The notes beneath the pieces are model-generated. The model did not search any database. It saw only the letters and a program-made list of their open reading frames with translations, and had not been told where the DNA came from. A program made the position numbers and the translations under genes. DNA of 64,000 nucleotides, taken from assembly GCA_965235115.1 (NCBI GenBank), contig OZ249437.1, positions 13,764,001 to 13,828,000 on the forward strand, read 5' to 3'. The stretch is from Laetmonice hystrix (lineage: Eukaryota). Each line of letters opens with the position of its first letter. Within the stretch, counting starts at the first letter, position 1. This document shows positions 38,301 to 50,300 of the stretch, one piece after another.

Positions 38301-41300
38301 ATGGTCATTGTTTCCAACGCGCACGCGCCGGTCATATATCGTAATCAGTCTTTGCGCGTGCGTCATGGCCGGGTTGACGGAGTAGTGTGGCGGGGGTGAG
38401 GGGTGGGGGTGAGGGGGGGGGGTACCCTTCGTATTATAACCGATGTTGGTCGTTAATCACAAGGAACTCATGGATAGCGGTCAGCCACGCTCACAGACAA
38501 AAGGCCGAATTTATGTCATTGGTGGCCGTGACCCCACAGGGTCAACGCGGATTGGGGGTCACGGTGGTCAAGTCACGTGGTCAAGTGCCGTGCGGCGGGC
38601 GAAGGCGGGGTGGTGGGTCAAACCGGAAGTCACCCAACCTGCTGCCGCCGCGGGCTCCGGACACTTGAATCTCGGGTCTGGGGAAGGTTTGATTGAGGAC
38701 CCTGCCGCCAGGGGGCCAAGCGGCTCTCTGTCGGCGGAGGACTCCCCTTCCTCCTGGTGCCGCTGTGCAAGTGTCCAGGAAGCTAAGCCAGTCGCCACCA
38801 CCCACCCCCTTTAGCTTTCCCCCTAGACCGGCACACCCATACGTTACAGGACCGCACTATGTTGGCGGAGTTTCCTTCTGTATGGGCCGTTTGGGAAACA
38901 CTAATGCCCGCCTGGTACATGGGGATGTCGGAATGGGACGATTGTCAGGTAAACATGGCAGTCATTAACGGTCACTGACTAAAAACGGCTACATTTACCT
39001 GGCGACAGCGACCCCCCCCCCCTCCCGGCGGGCCGGCGACCCCCCCCCCCCTCCCGGCGGGCCGGCGACCCCCCCCCCCCATCCCCGTGTGACCGATCGT
39101 GAACTGGAGCCCTTCAAACGAAGTCCCTATCAGTCACAGTCGTACGTGGCGCACGCCTCGCCGCTCGGTAAAAACCCACCGAGGACATTTCTCAAGATGT
39201 ATGTAGATAAACAGTCGTATCGCCCGGTTACAGGGTCACTTCATGTTCTACCGTCGATTCATTGCGAAGATTGGTGGAGATCTAAACATGTAATACCTGC
39301 CAGCTAGTCTTGACAATGCTACCACTGGTTACATTCGGCCTTGTGCACGGGGTCGAGGGGACTGAAGTGTTCTCAAAGGAGCCATAAGAATGGCGCTAAT
39401 GAACATGCAGTATATTTATTTATGTTATCATAATTATAATCTCAATTAGATTCAGTATCTTAGCAACAAACTTTAAGTACGATACAATCAATCCGAAATA
39501 GCAACAGTCCTATAACTGTTTGATTGATTGAATTTGTTTATTCTCAGATCATTGTACAAGTATTCAGCGTTGATGAGGAAGTTCTTGGAAGGAAACTTAT
39601 GATTATCCTTTATAGATGCAAACAATAATAACATGCTTTAATTTGAGTGAATCTTGCCCAAAACAACCGTATGACACGGTGTTATAATTCTGAGAAGGCT
39701 AGCCATTAGAGAGTTATAAAGCTGCATTGCCCGTGATAACTTAAACCTCACGAAATTTTGTCGAAAGTAAAGTTCCATATCCCTAACCTTATCCCTAACC
39801 CCTAATCCCGGACCTTACACTTCCCCCAAAATATCCCTATCCTATCCTTATCCCTGATCCTAACCCGAAGCAGCCGATACGCATGTTCTCCTCTTCTTCA
39901 AGAAGAGAGACTGGCGTTAGTCTCCTGCTCCTTCTGAGAGCAGGTGTATACATTTTGACAAGGAAACTAAATTCTACCCTATCCCTATCCCTGACCTTAA
40001 CCCTAACCCCTATCCCTTTCCCTATCCCTGACCTTAACCCTAACCCCTGCCCAAACATTTCGTGGAAAGTTATCATGGGGGAAGAACCCATTGGCTTAAA
40101 TACCTAGGTGAGATATTCACCTGCTGACCTGCTCGCCGAAGCGGAACCGAGGCGGCAAGGTGATTGGACACCTAGCTAGTCTCCATTGGAAGAAGAAAGT
40201 CTCCATTTCTTATACGCCCACCACTGGGCGGAATGGACAAGGTCTCTGTTCTTGAAGGAGTGGAGACTTACGCCAGTCTCTCTTCTTGAAGAAGAGGAGA
40301 ACATGCGTATCGGCCCTGCAAGCCCTGCCCACAAATTTTGTGTGGAAGTTACCATGGGTTAATAACGGTTATAAATGCTCAGTGCTGATCATTAGTGGAG
40401 GCCTGGTGGGGTGAGGTTGTTAGTGATGTGTATGGTGGTCAAGGCCTCCATGTTCCCTGTCTACTGAAGACAATAGAGGAGGCCACCTGTGGTCTCATCA
40501 AAGGCGACCGTCTTACCTGCCATCATGACTCGTGTCGGCTCCGCCAAAAGGCGCCGAACTGCCTGTTGATAATGTGAGAACGTTAAAAAAAGAAAAACTC
40601 CTAGGCAACCTCCTCCTTGACCCCGCCCCATTTCACTCCGAATAGGTACATGTAGTAGTATAAGTATTCCGAGGTGACGACCATTCTCATAATAATTCAA
40701 TGATAGGTCATGCAGGCCAGTTGATCATGCTACGACAGACGCTCGTGAATAGGTACATGTAGTAGTATAAGTATTCCGAGGTGACGACCATTCCCATAAT
40801 AATTCAATGATAGGTCATGCAGGTCAGTTGATCAGGCTACGACAGACACTCGGGAATAGGTACATGTAGTAGTATAAGTATTCCGAGGTGACGACCATTC
40901 TCATAATGATAGGTCATGCAGGCCAGTTGATCAGGCTACGACAGACACTCGGGAATAGGTACATGTAGTAGTATAAGTATTCCGAGGTGACGACCATTCT
41001 CATAATAAGTCAATGATAGGTCATGCAGGTCAGTTGATCAGGCTACGACAGACACTCGGGAATAGGTACATGTAGTAGTATAAGTATTCCGAGGTGACGA
41101 CCATTCTCATAATAAGTCAATGATAGGTCATGCAGGCCAGTTGATCAGGCTACGACAGACACTCGGGAATAGGTACATGTAGTAGTATAAGTATTCCGAG
41201 GTGACGACCATTCCCATAATAATTCAATGATAGGTCATGCGACAGACACTTAGGAATATTGAACCATCTACAGACCGAGAGATACTGAATTGACAATAAA

Positions 41301-44300
41301 GACCGTTTACTTTGAATTGACAATAAAACAAGCTTCTTCCCCTTCTTCTTTTCTCCTTCTCCCCTTATCTCCTCTTATTCTCTTCTTGTCCCCCTCTTTT
41401 TCTCCTCCTAACAATTTTCTTCTTGTTCTTCTTGTTCTTCTTGTTCTTCTTGTTCTTCTTCTTCTTCTTCTTCTTCTTCTTGTTCTTGTTCTTGTTCTTC
41501 TTCGTAGGGTAAGCATTCCGGTCAAAATCGCGGTTAGGGTCATTTCGATAAATTCAATTCTTGTTCTTTACTGCTAACTGTCGTACAATTCCTTTCATCA
41601 GCAGTTTCTTGTTACTGTGTGACGTCAGCAGTGTGACCGTCTGGCCATGTTTTGAAAGCGAAACACCCTTTTCTCCGCGGGAAATGATATTTTTCCACTC
41701 TGCATTTGCCAGCTCTCAATCTGTTGGCATGGTGACGCGAAGGCAAACGTCCTTTTGCTGTCTGACTACACTTTCCGAATGTAATTATACGAAAAAGCAC
41801 ATCTTTATGTCATGTGTAATTGCTAGGCCACGGTTGAATATGCTGCACTAGTTTTACAGGGTATATTGCAATACTTTTGCCGGTGTGTACTTCTGTACTA
41901 ACGGCACGTAAAATCAATATATTCTAGGTCAGAAATTTTCTGCTTGGCGCCACGTCCTTCCTGAGGCAGGGGGTGTACCTTTCATATAAAGTTTGCCTGG
42001 GGTTGCTTGCATGCGGATACAATAATCATTTTTTGGCGCAGTATTCGACTTCACAGGACCCATGGACTAACTCAGTAGTAGGTTCAAGGTCTCCAATACC
42101 CACCCCTTGATGTGGTAATCCATGTTTAGGGTTGTTTGCCTGAGTTATCGAGCCCTCAGTGAGTCACCCTGTCCCCGGTTGGGACGCCGAGATCCAAGCG
42201 GCGATTGTGGCGCCACCACCGGCCAATCGACCAAAACTCCGCACGGTCCAGCGACCCGCCTCGAGATGAGGCTGGAGATAAGTGACCATGTTCAGAGATA
42301 AGTGCCCACGGTCCAGGATAACTTATCTATACACGACATGAACGCTGACGTGACTACAGTGATTGAGAAATGTCAGGGGACGCGGGCACAACAGCGTGAG
42401 AAACTTTATGGGAGTCTTCGCGGACCCCCTGACCAGTTTATACCCTGATGGGAAGTAGGCTAGCCCAGATTTACCCGGGAGTATAATCCGGGCGAGGGCA
42501 ATTTATACCCCGGGGTAAAATCCAAGTTAGCCAGGACATGGCCGTTGGCCTCAGATACACAGATGGTATCACTAACTCAGTGTGAATGTATCGTATCACT
42601 GACTCGGTGTGAATGTATCGTGTCACTGACTCAGTGTGAATGTATCGTGTCACTGACTCAGTGTGAATGTATCGTATCACTAACTCAGTGTGAATGTATC
42701 GTATCACTAACTCAGTGTGAATGTATCGTATCACTGACTCGGTGTGAATGTATCGTATCACTGACTCAGTGTGAATGTATCGTATCACTAACTCAGTGTG
42801 AATGTATCGTGTCACTGACTCAGTGTGAATGTATCGTGTCACTGACTCAGTGTGAATGTATCGTATCACTGACTCTGTGTGAATGTATCGTATCACTGAC
42901 TCAGTGTGAATGTAAACGAGTGTTGACTGTATCCTGCTATTCTTACTAAGATTTTTCGCAACAGTTATTGTCAGATTGAGACAGGGAAAACTTATGAAAG
43001 ATAACCGACATACCGACTAACATCAGGCTGGAAGAGGATTCGTACCTGGGACCAGAAACTATGTTTTTAGACGAAGAATAACTTTCAGTATCAGTATGAA
43101 AAGATTGAATGGCAAGATTTTAAACATCTTGGCCATTTTCACAATTGGATGTGTTGATTCCATACCAAGGGCAGAGGTATTTAATCTGGGCTCTGGGGAT
43201 GTACTTTAGGTTATTCCTGCGTAATAACACGGGGTATAAACTGGTCTAGCCTAGAATAAACCCAGGCGTATATTCTGGGATAGCCCAGATTATCCACGGG
43301 TATAGTCTGGCGGATGGGATTTTAATCTCAGGTCTTACACCCGCCATTCAGTATGAAACATTTGAAATATTTCGTGCTCTCGAAAGTGGTACAGGGGTTC
43401 CCATCTAAAATGTCCGAGTAAGATGCGGTGGAGGAGGGGGCTTAACCCCCTTTACCCCCTCCATCTCTGCCACCTCTTTAGGCATTTATCGCAGGCTCGC
43501 CAGGCGAGGCGATGATAAGGAACCAACAATGGCGAGGGGTCGGGGAGGGGGGTTATGGTCGTATTTTTTGTCCTTCTCCTTTGAGACACCGTAACCCCCC
43601 CCCCCCCGCCCCCCACTCCCACCCTGGAGTCGGTGTGTCTGTGACGGTGTAGCAGGTCAAGGAAGACACAAGAGTTGGATCGGCGTGACAGCTGTATACT
43701 GGGGATGGGGAGCACGAGCAGCAAGGGCAATGGGAGTCTTTGATGTCTGAATCACTTCATCAACGGAACTGGTAATAACGCCAGGCTCTGAGCCGGTTAC
43801 AACAGTAGGCACGTGGTCGGGGATAAAGTTAGCCACGGAACTGGTAATAACGCCAGGCTCTGGGTCGGTTACAACAGTAGGCACGTGGTCGGGGATAAAG
43901 TTAGCCACGGAACTGGTAATAACGTCAGGCTCTGGTTACAACAGTAGGCACGGGGTCGGGGATAAAGTTAGCCACGGAACTGGTCATAACGCCAGACCCT
44001 GGTTACAACAGTAGGCACGGGGTCGGGAGTAAAGTTAGCCACGGAACTGGTAATAACGCCAGGCTCTGGTTACAACAGTAGGCACGTGGTCGGGAGTAAA
44101 GTTAGCCACGGAACTGGTAATAACGTCAGGCTCTGAGTCGGTTACAACAGTAGGCACGTGGTCGGGGATAAGGTTAGCCACGGAACTGGTAATAACGCCA
44201 GGCTCTGAGCCGGTTACAACAGTAGGTACGTAGTCGGGGGTAAAGTTAGCCACGGAACTGGTAATAACGCCAGGCTCTGGTTACAACAGTAGGCACGGGG

Positions 44301-47300
44301 TCGGGGATAAAGTTAGCCACGGAACTGGTAATAACGCCAGGCTCTGGTTACAACAGTAGGCACGTGGTCGGGGATAAAGTTAACCACGGAACTGGTAATA
44401 ACGCCAGGCTCTGGTTACAACAGTAGGCACGGGGTCGGGAGTAAAGTTAGCCACGGAACTGGTAATAACGTCAGGCTCTGAGTCGGTTACAACAGGAGGC
44501 ACGTGGTCGGGAATAAGGTTAGCCACGGAACTGGTAATAACGCCAGGCTCTTAGTCGGTTACAACAGTAGGCACGTGGTCGGGAGTAAAGTTAGCCACGG
44601 AACTGGTAATAACGCCAGGCTCTGAGTCGGTTACAACAGTAGGCACAGGGTCGGGGATAAAGTTAGCCACGGAACTGGTAATAACGCCAGGCTCTGGTTA
44701 CAACAGTAGGCACGGGGTCGGGAGTAAAGTTAGCCACGGAACTGGTAATAACGCCAGACTCTGGTTACAACAGTAGGCACGGGGTCGGGAGTAAAGTTAG
44801 CCACGGAACTGGTAATAACGCCAGGCTCTGAGTCGGTTACAACAGTAGGCACGGGGTCGGGGATAAAGTTAGCCACGGAACTGGTAATAACGCCAGGCTC
44901 TGGTTACAACAGTAGGCACGGGGTCGGGAGTAAAGTTAGCCACGGAACTGGTAATAACGCCAGACTCTGGTTACAACAGTAGGCACGGGGTCGGGAGTAA
45001 AGTTAGCCACGGAACTGGTAATAACGCCAGGCTCTGAGTCGGTTACAACAGTAGGCACGGGGTCGGGGATAAAGTTAGCCACGGAACTGGTAATAACGCC
45101 AGGCTCTGGTTACAACAGTAGGCACGGGGTCGGGAGTAAAGTTAGCCACGGAACTGGTAATAACGCCAGGCTCTGAGTCGGTTACAACAGGAGGCACGTG
45201 GTCGGGAATAAGGTTAGCCACGGAACTGGTAATAACGCCAGGCTCTGAGTCGGTCACAACAGTAGGCACGGGGTTGGGGATAAAGTTAGCCACGGAACTG
45301 GTAATAACGCCAGGCTCTGAGTCGGTTACAACAGGAGGCACGTGGTCGGGAATAAGGTTAGCCACGGAACTGGTAATAACGCCAGGCTCTGAGTCGGTCA
45401 CAACAGTAGGCACGGGGTTGGGGATAAAGTTAGCCACGGAACTGGTAATAACGCCAGGCTCTGAGTCGGTTACAACAGGAGGCACGTGGTCGGGGATAAA
45501 GTTAGCCACGGAACTGGTAATAACGCCAGGCTCTGAGTCGGTTACAACAGGAGGCACGTGGTCGGGAATAAGGTTAGCCACGGAACTGGTAATAACGCCA
45601 GGCTCTGAGTCGGTCACAACAGTAGGCACGGGGTTGGGGATAAAGTTAGCCACGGAACTGGTAATAACGCCAGGGTCCGAGCCGGTTACAACAGGAGGCA
45701 CGTGGTCGGGGATAAAGTTAGCCACGGAACTGGTAATAACGTTAGGCTCTGGTTACAACAGTAGGCACGGGGTCGGGAGTAAAGTTAGCCACGGAACTGG
45801 TAATAACGTCAGGCTCTGAGTCGGTTACAACAGTAGGCACGGGGTCGGGGATAAAGTTAGCCACGGAACTGGTAATAACGTCAGGCTCTGGTTACAACAG
45901 TAGGCACGTGGTCGGGGATAAAGTTAGCCACGGAACTGGTAATAACGCCAGGCTCTGGTTACAACAGGAGGCACGTGGTCGGGGATAAAGTTAGCCACGG
46001 AACTGGTAATAACGCCAGGCTCTGGGTCGGTTACAACAGTAGGCACGGGGTCGGGGATAAAGTTAGCCACGGAACTGGTAATAACGCCAGGCTCTGGGTC
46101 GGTTACAACAGTTGGCACGGGGTCGGGGATAAAGTTAGCTACGGAACTGGTAATAACGCCAGGCTCCGAGCCGGTTACAACAGAAGGCACGGGGTCGGGA
46201 ATAAAGTTAGCCACGGAACTGGTAATAACGCCAGGCTCTGGGTCGGTTACAACAGTTGGCACGGGGTCGGGGATAAAGTTAGCCACGGAACTGGTAATAA
46301 CGCCAGGCTCTGGTTACAACAGTAGGCACGGGGTCGGGGGTAAAGTTAGCCACGGATCTGGTTATTCAGGATATTTGGTATAATAACGCCAGACATGGAA
46401 CCGTTAAACATTTATCACATCATACGTTATACTGTAAGTTAAAAATAATATATTAAAGCAGCATACCGGACCGTTTTCTCTGATTACGTTAAAACATTAC
46501 CCTTCAGGCGAAATCCTGCAGACTTGAGTACGGACTACAATAATCAATTCTTCTCACATTGATTACCGGGTACCAGGCGGTGTACATGCAGTGATCAATA
46601 GATCAGAACCGGCGAACAATAAAGAAAGTGAAAGATACCGAGTGACCTCCACGCCTTGGTGCGTCCGTCAGAGATGGAAACTCGGCCACGTGGGGCGGAG
46701 AGAGACGGTACGACCGACCCACAGCAGTTGACGGACGTTGTAGGTTCGGCGCGGACACTCAGGTTAATTATTCATTCTAAACTCGAGGGCGTGGTGAAAT
46801 AAGTGAGGATTGGTGATATGTAACTGAGTGCAATACATGGAGGCCAACCTCATCGTACGCCCTCAGTCCAGTGGGGGGGGGGGGGGTTTAAAAATTGATG
46901 ATGGTGGGGGGGGGGGCACCAGACAGAGTTTTAAATGGGCGAGTGCATCGCAGAGAGTGGCCTAAGCTATTTAACCCATCAGTTTACGCACGCAGAGAAA
47001 CGGCTACCCATGCTGCGATGAAAAAAATCACCTTTACCATCTTACATTGTACGTGTAGTTTGTAGGCGAAATATTTCTCTAAAAAAACGGTGAACGAACT
47101 TTACCGGCCCCTGTTTTACTAACGGGTGTCTGCTTCCTCCTTGCAGGCATTGACACATTATTAATTGACTTAACGTCAATGCCACGTTAATGTTGTATGT
47201 GTCTTAATGAGACCTGAGCCTGGAGCGGTGGTCTTGTTGCTGTAGCCAACCTCTTCTTGTAATCAAGGTCCCATTGTCCCGCTGACAATATGTCTCAATA

Positions 47301-50300
47301 GTTCTGACGAATGGGCCCTTTCCGTGCTATTCATCAATTATTGAGGATTTTTGTGTCGAGGTCGCCTTAAAGGTCCCATCTCGAGTGGGGAAAGCGTCTC
47401 CATCTGTAATTGATTTCACACCTCCAATAATGCAATCTGATTGGCCCTCTGGACCCTACCCAAGAAGACACTGGGTTGCGGCTAAGTCGACCCCTCCCCC
47501 TACCCCCCCCCACCCCCCAGTCGGGGCCTTTTCATGTCTCAGTGCTGGGATGTTTGCCTGGCGTCGGCTCTGGTGGGATTTTTTATCCAGGCTACCACGT
47601 GTTCTCGTTAGTTCTCGCGAGTTCTCGGCCAGTTCCCAGGCACAATCATGCGGAATATTCGCTAATTTCCGAATTCATTCATTCCTTACTTTCTGGACTG
47701 CTTCAAACACCGCCAAATTGGCAAGGATATACAAAAGCAGAAACAAAAAGACCTTTGTTAACACGCGACAGCTCTCAAGCGTATCAAACAGGTTTTCCGT
47801 GACCTAAGGTCTCAGATCAGAGATTCGTATTGGCCTGAGACGGGCTCCGACAGTCGCGCCGGGTGATCTGACCTATCGCAGCGACGATCGATTCGCTGCC
47901 AACAAAGGGATTCCATGCAGTCAGGACCACGTGATAGATGGCAGCCGGCCACCTTACGTATTCTCCCGTCGTCCTCAGAAAGTCATTGCCACGCGGTACA
48001 AGATGCAGAGCGCAAGATGTGGGGGCACAAGGCTAGGTGAGGACGGCACTTGAGAACGGGTAGCTCTAAGCCTCGCCTCAATGGCTCGCCGGTATCGCAC
48101 GCTCGTCGATAGGGGGCGCCCCTAAATCCCGCGGATCTACAGCAGGGTCCTCGTTGCAACATGTTAAACACCGATAGCGCGGGGGGCTCTATATTTCATG
48201 GAGTGCTCCCACAAGGGCGGTGATCTTTTTTTAGCCAGGTTTTCAGCCCAAATCCTACCCACCGCAAATGGCCACCGCCCAAGCTGGCCACAGCCGACTC
48301 CGTAAGATTATCTATTGTCCCTGAAAGTCCTGTCCTGTCAATACTGACCAATGTATCACTGGATGAGCCACTCACGACGATCACGTGGGGCTCATGTCGG
48401 CCGGCATGGGCTCATGTCGGCCGTAACAAAGTCGCCACTATTTGTGGCCCAGAACTGAGCACCCGACTCTCTACAACATCAGTGTTTCTTATCTTACCCG
48501 ACCGGCGTCCATGCTATTCCCGATTCACTAAAAGAAATCCCCCTTGATACCACACGAAGGGAGTAAAAACCCCTTTAAGCTGTCACTCCCTGAAGGACTC
48601 TAAAATCAAGGCCCGATGTTTAATTAGAATTTTAATTAGCACAATTGAAAGTATCCATTTCTACCAACGGTTGGAATAAAGCATTTATACTGATTAGGCT
48701 AATTACGCGAGTCTCCCATGGTACACGTTGCTAGCTTCCCTATCGTATTGCCTATCACCAAGTGCATAATTATCGGGGTCTTCGCCGACCCAGCACATTT
48801 TCTATCCCCTTGAGTGCAGCCACCAAGCGTTCCGGCTACACCTGTTTAATTAATAGGCTCCTCAAAACGCGGGAATCGTCTCAACCTGCCTTCATCTGGC
48901 GGATAACGGTGTGCGGCATCGTCTAGGTGGGTGGCAATCCTAATGATCTATGATAAAATGATAACGACCAAGTTAGTCGAGCTCATTCTGAGAACATCCT
49001 CAAGGGGGATGAGATAATGAGAGAGGAAAGAAAGAGAAATACAGAGATTTTTATCCGGGGGAAAACTGAGCAGTTCCTCAATAAATATCCTGGGGGTAAA
49101 GTCGGCTAGAATTCCCCATGGCATGATAAAAACAAATTCGAAATGGAAATATAGAACTACGAAAACGTACGAAAACGTTTGTTATACGGAACAGTTGCAC
49201 GAAATCAAAATTTTGTTTCCGTAGACGTTTTCTCAAGGATCTTTCACTGATAATGTTTTTGGGGACTTTTTTTTTTAGTTGGTTCGCATTTGTCATCCTA
49301 AATAATAACCCTCCCCCATCCAGCAAATCCTTGTCGCCACAATATAGCAGGTGTTTAAGGGTAGGTAGGTTTAAGGGTAGGTACGTAAAGAAAAAGAGAG
49401 AGGGGGACAGGGACAGAAAGAAAGAGAGAGAGACAGAGAGAGTGTGAGAGCGCGAGTGAGAGCGAGAGGGAGAGAGTGTGAGAGNNNNNNNNNNNNNNNN
49501 NNNNNNNNNNNNNNNNNNNNNNNNNNNNNNNNNNNNNNNNNNNNNNNNNNNNNNNNNNNNNNNNNNNNNNNNNNNNNNNNNNNNNNNNNNNNNNNNNNNN
49601 NNNNNNNNNNNNNNNNNNNNNNNNNNNNNNNNNNNNNNNNNNNNNNNNNNNNNNNNNNNNNNNNNNNNNNNNNNNNNNNNNNNNNNNNNNNNNNNNNNNN
49701 NNNNNNNNNNNNNNNNNNNNNNNNNNNNNNNNNNNNNNNNNNNNNNNNNNNNNNNNNNNNNNNNNNNNNNNNNNNNNNNNNNNNNNNNNNNNNNNNNNNN
49801 NNNNNNNNNNNNNNNNNNNNNNNNNNNNNNNNNNNNNNNNNNNNNNNNNNNNNNNNNNNNNNNNNNNNNNNNNNNNNNNNNNNNNNNNNNNNNNNNNNCC
49901 CTTGGATTCCGCCTCAAAGTTAGAGTACCGTGATCAGCGTTGAAGCCGGCCACACCCCACTCCTCACCCTCGCCCCCGCCTCACACACCCACTTCCCTTC
50001 CCCTCTCCAGTCTGCCCCGCCCCTCACCCAGCCCCCACACGGCCACCCCCAACGTAACCGTCCCAGCTCGGGTTCCTCCAATATTTAAACACATGCTGCC
50101 CTCAGCAAACACACATAGAACACATCCAACCTCAATTTACCATGCACCATCAACACACTTTGAGATACACTTGGTAAGTCTGTATTGTGGAGTGAAAAGT
50201 GGTCCTTTTGGGACAACTCTATATAAATACGCTGCACAATATGCCAGTTTTGAGACCTCCTATCAGATAAATAGTCCATAGATCTATACCGCCCCAGTCG

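Noticed and set aside
42471-42949. Cys-rich (IVSLTQCEC)n and (IRYIHTESV)n ORFs
   Set aside because: A by-product of a 27-bp (3n) minisatellite; no splice or start context.
43657-46325. Mucin-like Pro/Thr/Ser/Val ORFs (45075-45725 and others)
   Set aside because: They are translations of the 72-bp VNTR. Frequent 67-bp units shift the frame, variants are mostly non-synonymous, and all three frames hit stops just upstream.
49078-49953. 291-aa and neighbouring ORFs (also 53198-53680)
   Set aside because: They span N gaps, so they are artefacts.
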